A stretch of DNA of 64,000 nt from Tubiluchus corallicola. Taxonomy: Eukaryota > Animalia > Priapulida. The stretch covers positions 186,001 through 250,000 of the forward strand of contig JAQGDQ010000260.1 in NCBI GenBank assembly GCA_030141605.1, read 5' to 3'. A program made the translations under genes and the position numbers. Below the pieces are notes generated by a model that had not been told where the DNA came from, did not search any database, and saw only the letters and a program-made list of their open reading frames with translations. Positions 13,885 to 23,803 of the stretch are shown here, piece by piece; within the stretch, counting starts at the first letter, position 1; each line of letters opens with the position of its first letter.

Positions 13885-16800
13885 AATACTATATAAATAT
13901 TTCATATATTCTATAAAAAGTCAGTCTAGGTCAAGTGGCCTAATTTGAGTGTATAAAAACTCGATGGCTGATATTAGCCGATGGCCGACATTACCCCACT
14001 ATATCCTAATAGATTAACTTTAGCTTAATAGTACCTGTCACCAAGCCACTTCTTAGCTTGTCATAATCGCGAAAATATTCCATTATGCGAATTCCATCCC
14101 GATGAACTGCACCCCGAATCCTTCCCATAATGCTCTCAAAGTGCAATGGCGGTGGACCCTGAAGACATGCAATAAAATAAAGTAACAATAAGGATATTTT
14201 ACTCTCGCTAAATCACTCTCTAGCTTGATTTTCCATTTTCTACAGCTACTCAGCCAACAGCATTCATCGTGTGGTAAACTTTACTTTAAAATTTGGAAAT
14301 TTTTTGAGTCTACATTTGAAGTTTTGTGTCATTTGTACCTCTGCTGCCGTGCCGACTCTAAAACAGAGGTATAAAATCACTGAATGAATATAATTTAACA
14401 ACCCACTTTTAATGTACATCTATATACCAAAATCAGTGGAGTAAAATAAAGACGCAAGTTTCATGCAACCAAATTTCTTATGCATTATTTGTCATTTGGT
14501 TCCTGAATACTGTAACCGCCAGTAATTTTTAGCATTTCTGTAAACCACAGAGATATTTGAAAACCACATATAATGATCAGTTAACAAAAACTGAAAAAAA
14601 TCACAGCGACAAATGCCAGTACAATTTGACAATCAGCCACTTCACTTAAGCTTGACGACTTCTGTTAATATAAAAAAAACAAAAGCAATTTTAAATAAAA
14701 AATATCTGAAGTCTGATGTTCTATTTTAATGGGACCAACATCTACTTTTCACTAGGCGCTAGAATTATCCGCAAAAATTAATAAAGCTATCAAGATGAGC
14801 TATACACATACTTCTGGAGGAAACGTTGTACTCTCGTTTACGATATCTCGAGTTTCAACCCATTCTTGGCAATGTTCAACATCGTGATGAAAATTGATGT
14901 AGTTGATCATGGTGGGTCGGGAGAGATCCGTATACTTGTCAGCCAAAAACTCTACATCGTCTTCTGTAACATCTGTTGGACCGGGAAAATTTCTTCTGAA
15001 CTGCAGTTAAGAAGGTTATCACCGGGTCAACCACAGATGCTGATAACACAATGGCCAATAGACCAAAAATATCATCCCTTGTATTACGAAAAGGCAGCTA
15101 AGTGCCTAGTTATTTCAATTACACTTATATCTCAGTTTGCCAGACCTCACTTGTATGGATGTTGGAGAAATCGGATAAAATCTGGACCGTTAAAAGTCCC
15201 ACATATTACGGACACAGTCCTTTGTTTCTCATACTGACCACTAGTTGATTGGCTGTCACTTTATTTACATCATTACATCAGTGCAACCAAGCAGTGTGCA
15301 ATGCCACGTGTGTGGCTTGTATGTCAGGAGCGGCCCGTACCAGACGTTACTGAGACAATTAAGCGATTGATTCTTCATTACCGTGAGTTTAATACAGGGT
15401 GCCTACTGTATTAGCTAAGTATCGGTAAATACGAACAATCAGCAAATTTGGACCGACGTCTCCCCGCTTTTGTCCGGCAAACCGAAATGTGAGTGTATTA
15501 ATTATTTCAATTATTAATTGTTTCAATTAAATGTTCATTATTGTTTCAATTAATAAGATAAAATTAACAAAAATTGAGCAACAACTTGTCGGGCAAAAAG
15601 GAAATAAGTAAGAACATAAAAAGTACATGAAGTTGAATTGCTGTATTTGAGTGCAAGACGTGATTACATGGGCAATTAGGCCTTATGGCTTAGATAAACT
15701 TAATTCAAACTCAAAAGTCACACAATAACTCGCAAAATATTAGGAAAAATAACAGATAAAGAGGAAGACTTGAGTATGAAGAGACAAAATGTAAAAGAGA
15801 AGTGAGTGAAGAAAAACAAAGAGAAGGAAAAGGGCATTAATGATAATTAACAGACATACTTTAAATTGCAGGTATTTTTATAAATTTTGTCACTCAATAA
15901 ACCAGGACATACAACACTTATTAGCTTCAAATTACATTTACATTGTGTAATTTCTAATTTGTTTGACACATTCATACCCAAGGAATTTGATTAACCATTA
16001 CCTAATTGGCTGATACACAAACAATAGGAATACCTGATTGGCTGACACACAAACAATAGGAATACCTAATTGACTGACACACAAACAACAGGAATACCTA
16101 ATTGACTGACACACAAACAATAGGAATACCTAACTGGCTGATACACAAACAACAGGAATACCTAATTGACTGATACACAAACAATAGGAATACCTAAGTA
16201 GCTGATGCACAAACAATAGTAATGCCTGACTGACTGACACACAAACAACAGGAATGCCTGATTGGCTGATAAGCAAACAATAGGAATACCTGATTGACCG
16301 ATACACAAACAATAGGAATACCTTATTGACGGATACACAAACAATAGGAATACCTGATTAGCTGATACACAAACAATAGGAATACCTAACAGGCTGATAG
16401 ACAAACAACAGGAATACCTGATTGGCTGATATGACTCCAATGTGATTGGCATCGAAGTCTTCATAGCATGTTTTAATGCTGACACCGTGATATTTGAAGT
16501 ACTGCTGAAGACGAAGAAGCAAATTGATTAATCTCTCTTCCGACTGAGGATCAAGGACACGAACGGATCTTTCTGTATCAAAGCTGAAAAATGGAAAACA
16601 GAAACATGCAAAATGTAAATAAGAGTCACAAAACCAGCAGATATTCAGAAAATATCATTCAAACATTTTACATTAATGGATGAAGACACTGCAAAACAAA
16701 GAGTTCAGAGCCCTTTCACATTAGTTTTCAGTTAGTCATTGGAGTTTTTTTATCAACTTTCACCTGTACGGTAAGTCCATTCTTAATGATTCCCCATTTA

Positions 16801-19800
16801 GCGACATTTCATTTTAACGATGATGAACATTTGACACCTTTTTTCACTTAACGAAGCATGTTTCACTCTAACGATGATTTTTTTACTTTGCTTAAGGCAA
16901 ATTTTTATTTCATCAACATTTTACATAATTTGATGCATTAAAACAGCCCATATTGCATTATTTTGCTCTAAAAATGTACTAATAACTTAAACAGTGTAAT
17001 TATTATATACGTTTTTGTTCTTCCGACTGGTGACAAAATGCCAGCAGTTTATATCAAGTGAGACCTGCGAGCAAACTGTGTGCAACCTGTTGCTACAGCA
17101 ACCAGACTAAGTATCTAGATAAAATTCCCAAGGTCGCTCAGGGCTTGGCTTTGACTGTGCTGTGCTTATTGTTTAACTGCTGCCTAGGTTTTAACACTAT
17201 CGAAAGAGACACCGCTATGTAATAGTAAGCAAGATATATAGGCGGTCTCAAGTAAGCAGAAAAAATTTAATCTGTAGAAATATGAGTAAAACTCAAAAAA
17301 TGTTTAAGTTATATGATTTAACCAGCATTGATTTTTGTCTCTGGAACGTATCTCAATTCTTCTACAGTACTTTCTATGGAAGTACTTTCATTTAATGATG
17401 TTTCACTTAACGTCACACTTTGATGGAACGCATTAGCGTCGTTAAACGAGGACTTACTCTATCTCTTAGTCATTAGGGGGTGAATTAAAAAAAAAAGACA
17501 AACATACATTTCACTGAGTTTGTCAATAAAAGAAGCTTTTGTAGGACAATTTTTTTGTAACTATAGAAACAGATCGATTAGAAGGGGAATGTGAAAATTA
17601 AAAGTGATTTAACTAAAGTTTTGCCCAATGTTTTGACTTTCTAATGGAAGACACAGACAAGTGATTAAACGATCACAACTACAAAATTCATACTCACCTC
17701 TTAAACCATCTATTTCTGTTATTATTACAGTGAAGCATGTTTATTAAAACATATTTATTGTCTTATAATACAATAACACAAAAACCAAATAAACTTGTTC
17801 AAATAACTTACTATGGCTGTAGTTTAAATGTTTTTGTTGCAGGATCAGTGCTGACATCATGTGGGCAGATCACTAGAAAAAAATATTACCATGCAATCAT
17901 GTAGAGCATGTGTAGCACTTTTAAACTGCAATACTTTAATTTATCAACGTGTTAAAACAATTTTTAGCTTTTTAAGTAGCAGTGGCAGTCAGTTCATTCA
18001 GTAAATCAATTACACTTCTATACCTGTGTTTCTCAAACGGGGTCCATGCGCACCCCCAGGGGTGAAATTTGGAAAAAGGGGGAATTGGGGGTGAATTATA
18101 CACAAAAGGGGGGGGGAAGTTTGTGAATAGGCGGAAATTTGTATGAATTGAGTTTTCAGACTCAGAGTTGAAAATTCATATCTACAGCTGACTGGGAGCC
18201 ATTGGTCAGAATATAGTGTTTGTATATCTATTGTACACCATTTGGTGTTTAGAGAGATTTATTGTAAATATCAGCTCTCCAGTTGTATGAATGGGCAGTG
18301 GCTATGCTCGACTACAGTTATCGCGCATTCCTACAATTGGAGAATTGGTAGCAGAAAAGTATGGACTGAGCGAGGTAGGATAGATCGTCGATCGCTCAGT
18401 TTCCCTTTATGCCCAAACTCTGCACGGCCTGACTGGGGATTCCCAATTTGATTCCAAACACTTGTCTTTCTCAGTGTCTCATTGTCTATGCGACAATAGG
18501 CTCTGTATTGTGCGTTATTCTTGGCGGTAACACAGATCGAAGCTAGTGTCCTGGTGAATAAACATCATGGCTACGAAAGCGAAGGTGAAAGTTCGAAAAT
18601 ACTCAATTGATTATTTGAAGTTTAGATTTATTGCGGCACTTCACGATGAGCGATTACCGCTGTGTAATCAAACTTTCTGCAATGAGATTCTATGAAACCA
18701 GTGAAACTTGAACAGCATTTGAAGGCGAAACATCAGAAGCATGCCACAAAACCAGTCAAATATTTTAAAGTCTTGAAGCTGAAACGGGAAAAAGAGAAAC
18801 CAGTCAATCGAGTCACTGTTCCGTAAACAAGTGTCAAATTTGGATCGTGGGTTGGCGGCCAGTTACGAAATATCTTTATTGATCGCAAAGAATGGAAAAC
18901 CTCATTCAATCGGTGAAGGGTTGATCAAGCCGGCATTAGCAATATTTGCTCGTACTGTAATACAGAAGGGCGACGATGCAGCCGGAGTTGATTCAATCCC
19001 TCTCAGTAACGATGCCGTACGCCGGCGAATCGATGAAATGGCAACGGATGTTCATGAACAACTGATATCCAAACTAAGAAACAGGAAGTTCACATTCCAG
19101 ATGGACGAGTCGACAGTACGCAGAAGTGAAGCGTTACTACTCGCTTATGTGAGATATATAGAGAACGGACAATTCAGGGAGGAGATGTTGTTTTGCGAAC
19201 AGCTAAAAACAACGACTACTGCGGCAGATATCTATGCAATATATACCAAATACATGACAAAATCACGTATTCCATTACAAAATGTAGTATCGTGTGCTGC
19301 GGATGGAGCTCCAGCTATGATGGGTAGACGGCAAGGAGTTCTAAAATTGATGAAAAATCCTGGCATGTTGGCTGTGCACTGTGTCTTTTCATCGAGAGAA
19401 TCTTGTGGCTAAAAACCTTTCGCCAGAATTGAACACTGTCATGAAAGCGGTTATTATATGTATCAACCAAATCAAGGAAAATGCTAAACAAGAACGCCTT
19501 TTCAAAGACTCCTGTTCCCAAATGGATGAAACTCATGTTTGCTTGATATTGCATACAGAAGTGCGCTGGCTGTCGAATGGGAACTGCTTAGATCGATTTG
19601 TCGAGTTGTATGATAAAGGCTGAGTTTCTGGCCGATAAAGACGAAATGGCTGTCTTACGAGGGGATGAAACAAAAGCACAAGTCTGACCGACATTTTTGG
19701 AAAGCTCAGCGGTTTGAATGCGGAGTTGCAACGTGCAAACAAAACTCTCCTGGATTCAAAAACTAAAATATTTGGTTTTGTTACCAAACTTTGTCAATAC

Positions 19801-22800
19801 AGAATGGAAATATCCAGGCCGGATGTCGTGAATGTGATGATGCTTCAGATCGTGTCTAAAGTTCAAAGTATGGTAACAGACTTCACACAGAGATTCGTCG
19901 ACTTGAGTGAGATGGACTTTCCTGGGTGGCGTACTCAATATAAATTGATCGATCTCTGTGATGTTGAGCAACTGTTCCAAAATGAACTCACTGATTTTCA
20001 GAATGACTCATCAGCTTTACTTATCCACAGAGCAAAATGCCAGTTCATGTGGCTTGACGAAGAAATCGTTGAAAACTATCCAAATTTGAGTGCACAAGCA
20101 CTAAACTTGCTATTACCGTTCCCCCGTCGTATCTCATGGAGAGTGCATTTAGCGCCGTAGCAGATGATCTTGACAAAAAAACGAGGCAGTCTGGACATTA
20201 CTGAACGTGGCGATCTCCGCCTGAAATTAACGTAGCTAGTTCCAGATGTTAAGAGCCTTGTTCAAGAACACCAAGCACAAGATTCTCACTGAACCACGGT
20301 CTTGACATCTCTGTTGCGCTTTTTGTGTAAATCCGTGACACTGTGTTCTTCAGAATAAGTTTGAAACACTACTTAACTAGCATGTTTTAGTAATTTGATG
20401 TTTTTTTACAGTGCCAGGGGTAAAGGGCGGAGAATGTTTTTTTCAAGTGGAGAAGTGGATCATAAAGGTTGAGAAGCACTGTTCTACACAAACAAATTTG
20501 CACGATAGCTAACCAATTAGCAAGTCAGTGCGCTTGGCCGGCAAGTAAGTGATGACTGATTATTCACTCAAAACCTAGTGTATTTGTGTTGTTATTCACT
20601 TAGAACCGAATTGTTTTAAGTACCCACTTCGTGGCCACTGGCTATTTGTAATTAGTTGGTCAGTTAACGATAAAGCAACTGAATTTTCATACCTTGATCA
20701 ATAGAGTCGCAAAAATGTCTATAGTTTACCATATTTGGATCAACATCATCAGCATACTTAGTAGTTAATCTTTCAGCTTCAATCGGCGTCAGTTTTATAT
20801 TGGTGTTCCTGTCTATACATCTGATGAACTGTGATTCTACAATATTAAATACAAAATTGCAAAGGCATACAAATTTCAGAGATATAGCAAAAACAATTAC
20901 AAGCTACAAGCCAGGGTTTCATGCTCACACTGCCATGCAACTTTGTTGCGATGACGAAAAAGTTTTTAACTACAACAGTCTCCAAAAAATTTACACGGCG
21001 TGTTTTGTTATTCATGTGGCAATTATTCCTGCGAAGTTCTACATAAATTTGTGAGCCTTTCTCCACTTTGCGAAATTTGTGGTTTTTCTTGAGCGAACAT
21101 TTGAGATGTCGCATTTGCACGTTTGCTGACTTCTGTGAAACATATGTGGCAAGGCGATTCTGCATGACATTCGTGTGAGTATGCTGTGATTAGTCTACAA
21201 CAATTCTGCCTTTTCCCCCTCAGGAATGTGCAATTCTCCATAATGTCCCCAAAATGTTGAAAAACAGTCGCAAAGTCGTCGCAAAATTCTTAAAAGCACA
21301 TCAAAATATTCTCCAATTCTTTTTGCTGATTCTGAAATTGTTGGCAAATGTTTCAACGAAGTAGTGAGTTTTGCAACTCTGCCGACAAACTTTAAACATT
21401 TTTTAAATCTTCTGCCGAAACGACTTTCTGGCGAACATGGCGAGTTCCAGCATATACTTTGTGACTATTTTTCGGAATTTTTGGAGCACCGTTGACCAGT
21501 GAAATTTTTAGATAGTCACCAAGTCGTGAACTCCGTGAAATCCTTGCTTAACCCTTTCACTAGGAAAAGCGGCACACTGCCGCCTGTGTTTTTTTTTGTA
21601 AGGGACGCCCAAGCTAAGCACAGTTAACAGGTCTGTTTATTTCACTGATACGGCCAAGCAAAAACATTCTAGGAAAGTTTAATAGTCGTGGGATAGGGGT
21701 TGTTTCGCAACAAGTAACGCTAACCAGCCACAGGTAACCAGTAATGCTGAGCAAAAATTTGAGTTTACTGTCAGGAAGATAAAGGAACAAAATTATCAGA
21801 CCGATATGACCATCTAAAGCAAGTGTTAATGTTAATTCAAATAATACAGCAATTCATTTGAGAAACACAATCAAGTAACACAAGTGAATCAACCATCGAG
21901 TATTTTTTCCATGTGCAGCAAGTATAAATACCTACACACATTGGATTTTTATAGAGTAATAATAAAAATAGTGTTTTTTCAGTTTAGGGATATCTAGTGA
22001 ATGAATAGTGTTTAAGACATACTTGTACTGGCAAATTATTGAAATTAACTGATGAAATTAAAAAATATCTGCCTTTATAATTGAAAGTAATATAAAAAAC
22101 CTGCAGGCATAACCTGTGGCTTTGGCTGCTACCAAAATTAATACGCCTATAATTTTACGTGCTTGGTTATATTACATGATTATAGAGTGTCACACACGGA
22201 ATCCTCTAGAGCCTAGAGAATGCAATAAATATTACGATTTACAATTACACAGCACTCACGTTGAGCTCATTTAATGATGGATGTAGGATACTCTGCATGT
22301 TTATGAAATAAACATAAATTTCATTGCAATATGTGTACTTCAATTAAGTTTATTTCAAAATAAACAACTAATTATTTGGTGTACAATTATCATACTCTTA
22401 TAAATTTTATGAAATGACTATAAACTTGTACAGTTTTAAGGATACGCATGAAGAATTTAAACAAATAGAAAAAAACTCACTGGTCACACGTCCCGAGTTT
22501 AAACGATCGAAATCATGGAAAAATTCTGACACTCGAATGCCTCTCATTAGTACTTTTGCTCGTATGGCTCCCTCTATGTGTTCACTGTTAGGAATCAGCC
22601 GTCCATCAGAGAAAAGTTGCCCTGTTTGATAAGTTTCCTTGGGTGCCAGTTGCTCTAACATCATCAAAATTTTAACTGTACTGCTAGAACAGACAAATGT
22701 TTAAAAAGAAAAACTTTTGAAACTAAAAAATGAGAAATACAGAAAAAGAAATAATCCAAGACTGACAAAATTCAATCAAAAGCACAACTTAAGTTAACTT

Positions 22801-23300
22801 AAATAGTAAACAAACAAACACACACACACAAATGAAAACAAGCGAGCAAGTGAACAGATGGACTGACAAACAAACAAGTAAACAAACAAACAAAGAAGCA
22901 AAGCTAGCAAACAGATATTTACTATTTGTAGCACATGTCTAGATAGTAGTACTCATGCAGCTTTAATAAAACTTCTGTCAAATTTGTCGATATTTGCATG
23001 AAATTGTGAAAGCCTAAACTGAGGCTAGTATCGATTTCTCTATGGCTATTCAATGAATACAAAATATCCAACAAAAGCAAATAGGTTTTAATGAAACACT
23101 TTTGCTCACTAGATTTAGGTACATAGCATTTAAATCATTTGTGTTGTATTTGGATTTTTTATTTATTTGTCCCACACAACAACAACATACAACAAAGTAT
23201 CAGTAACAATTCAGTAGTTGGGTGGAAAAAGACTGGTGATTTACCCACATGCTGGCTTGCTAAAACCAGTTGCCTGGTTGTCAGAGACGCATACGTGCAT
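2637..23300 (-). CDS. Multi-exon gene for a ~988-aa protein with eight EF-hand-pair-like repeats (probable CFAP115/FAP115-like ciliary microtubule inner protein)
   Basis: 19 coding exons with GT-AG ends and consistent phases: 23245-23300, 22481-22683, 20693-20836, 17812-17872, 16418-16583, 14812-15000, 14035-14158, 12728-12871, 11312-11523, 10732-10900, 8825-9098, 8115-8260, 7478-7652, 6532-6673, 5583-5723, 4885-5033, 4309-4414, 4050-4145, 2637-2906 (sum 2967 nt). A motif like F.D(F/Y)DKLRSG.VT.SQF.R.L ... KY ... V.Y..F occurs 8 times. The gene structure is well supported; the CFAP115 assignment is recalled family resemblance and was not searched. Confidence 0.85.
2897..3558. repeat. 52-bp minisatellite (11 full units plus partial and degenerate ones) built on the 3' splice site of the last EF-hand-gene exon
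   Basis: Unit gagtgcatacctagaataatcaagaactacttgagtggtcaatccgtctggc starts at 2897, 2949, 3001 ... 3469; degenerate copy near 3532. Confidence 0.97.
4657..4748 (+). mobile_element. Terminal fragment of a DNA transposon; an inverted copy lies at ~15318-15410
   Basis: tacagtaggtgccgtgtattagactcacggtaatgtagaatcaatc...gggccgctcct matches the reverse complement of 15318-15410. A TA|CAGTA end is typical of the Tc1/mariner/pogo superfamily. Confidence 0.6.
5269..5370. repeat. 34-bp tandem repeat, 3 identical copies
   Basis: taatcataatccattaatattagaaaaaagagtc x3. Confidence 0.95.
5799..6442 (+). mobile_element. Non-autonomous long-TIR element (possibly Kolobok-like), copy 1
   Basis: Collinear with 57139-57810 (aaggggtacctgaagtaggtttcagaaaaatcgcctt ... 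caggggaagaaaaggcaatgtt ... gcgggagtttaaatttaca). Internal inverted segments, e.g. tttaaatctcccgcga / gcgggagtttaaa. Confidence 0.8.
11981..12527. mobile_element. Degenerate MITE, Kolobok-like (TTAA|AGG ... CCT|TT)
   Basis: Left end ttaaaggaagacagaatgatttttca and right end tgaaaaaatggtatgtttcctttcaa form an imperfect inverted pair. Confidence 0.4.
13520..13710 (-). mobile_element. Possible tRNA-derived SINE remnant
   Basis: Minus strand starts agtagctgagtggt (Pol III A-box-like), followed by a relatively GC-rich body inside an AT-rich intron. No intact cloverleaf. Confidence 0.3.
13806..13900. repeat. (TA)n microsatellite / low-complexity tract
   Basis: Interrupted TA dinucleotide runs. Confidence 0.9.
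15997..16430. repeat. 32-bp minisatellite (~13.5 units) built on the 5' splice site of EF-hand-gene exon 16418-16583
   Basis: Unit ggaatacctgattggctgatacacaaacaata with a 32-bp period from 16027 to 16411; the last unit overlaps the exon end. Confidence 0.97.
16769..17459 (-). mobile_element. pogo/Tigger-like MITE, same family as 30035-30711 in the opposite orientation
   Basis: Ends ta|cggtaagtcc ... gaggacttactc|ta; internal segments match the reverse complement of the 30035-30711 element. Confidence 0.75.
18024..20481 (+). mobile_element. Full-length but decayed hAT transposon of the Buster/Charlie group, inside an intron of the EF-hand gene
   Basis: TIRs ctgtgtttctcaaac / ggttgagaagcactg. 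8-bp TSD ttctatac (18016-18023) / ttctacac (20482-20489) with a central TA, as is typical of Buster elements. Confidence 0.92.
18567..20292 (+). pseudogene. Buster/Charlie-type hAT transposase pseudogene (related to ZBED5/SCAND3/FAM200 proteins)
   Basis: MATKAKVKVRKYSIDYLKF...; GKPHSIGEGLIKPA; PLSNDAVRRRI; QMDEST; ADGAPAMMG; HC..HRENL; HTEVRWLS.G; C-terminal HQAQ.SH*. Broken by several frameshifts and stops (ORF pieces 18831-19412, 19381-19623, 19714-20160). Confidence 0.92.
20909..21548. mobile_element. Degenerate MITE, possibly PIF/Harbinger-like; a related end lies at ~47706-47760
   Basis: Ends agccagggtttca / tgaaatccttgct. The reverse complement of the right end resembles taagccggctttcacggcgctcgcgacttcggcgattatccgaaaatttc at 47706. 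Confidence 0.5.
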
Positions 23301-23790
23301 CTTCCAAAAATACTAAAAAGAATTATATACACATCATCTAGACTATAAGAAATACATTTCCAGATAGATTTTATTTATATGCTTGCTGAGAATTAATGCG
23401 TATAGCATATAATTAATAATTAAAGCGAATAGTAATTAAGCCCTTTTAATCTAAGTTGAGTAACAGCAATAGGTGGAGCGACTTAGAGTGACTAGTAGTA
23501 ACTTAGGCTACAGTATCGTGTAGCGATTTATTTATCGTATTAATTACCGTTGTGTTGGTCGATTAGTTAATTATCATAACAGTAACACCTTAATTTACAT
23601 TACAGTTAAATAGTTTGCAGTCACTGCAAATTGTAGTTCAAATGTAAAAATATAGGTAAATACAGGTACAGCCTAATAATTATAGCTTGACATAAAAATT
23701 TCCGCATATTATTTTTATAAAATAAAATTAATAATGTTAACGAAAACTTTGCGCGAAATTCTGCTCTATGAAAGATCTTTTGCGATTTGC

Positions 23791-23803
23791 GTTGCTTAAC
23801 AAC
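23791..23803. promoter_or_regulatory. X-box (RFX-binding)-like motif upstream of the EF-hand gene
   Basis: GTTGCTTAACAAC, an imperfect palindrome near the RFX consensus GTNRCC-N0-3-RGYAAC, ~490 bp upstream of the predicted ATG. Confidence 0.45.

Noticed and set aside
14339-14357. Possible 19-nt micro-exon of the EF-hand gene
   Set aside because: It would break the frame; the flanking exons already join in phase 0.
16130-16485. Repetitive ORFs 16130-16312 and 16162-16485
   Set aside because: Off-frame translations of the 32-bp minisatellite and the adjacent exon.
18831-19412. Domesticated ZBED5/SCAND3-like host gene
   Set aside because: Multiple frameshifts and stops plus retained TIRs and TSD indicate a dead transposon.
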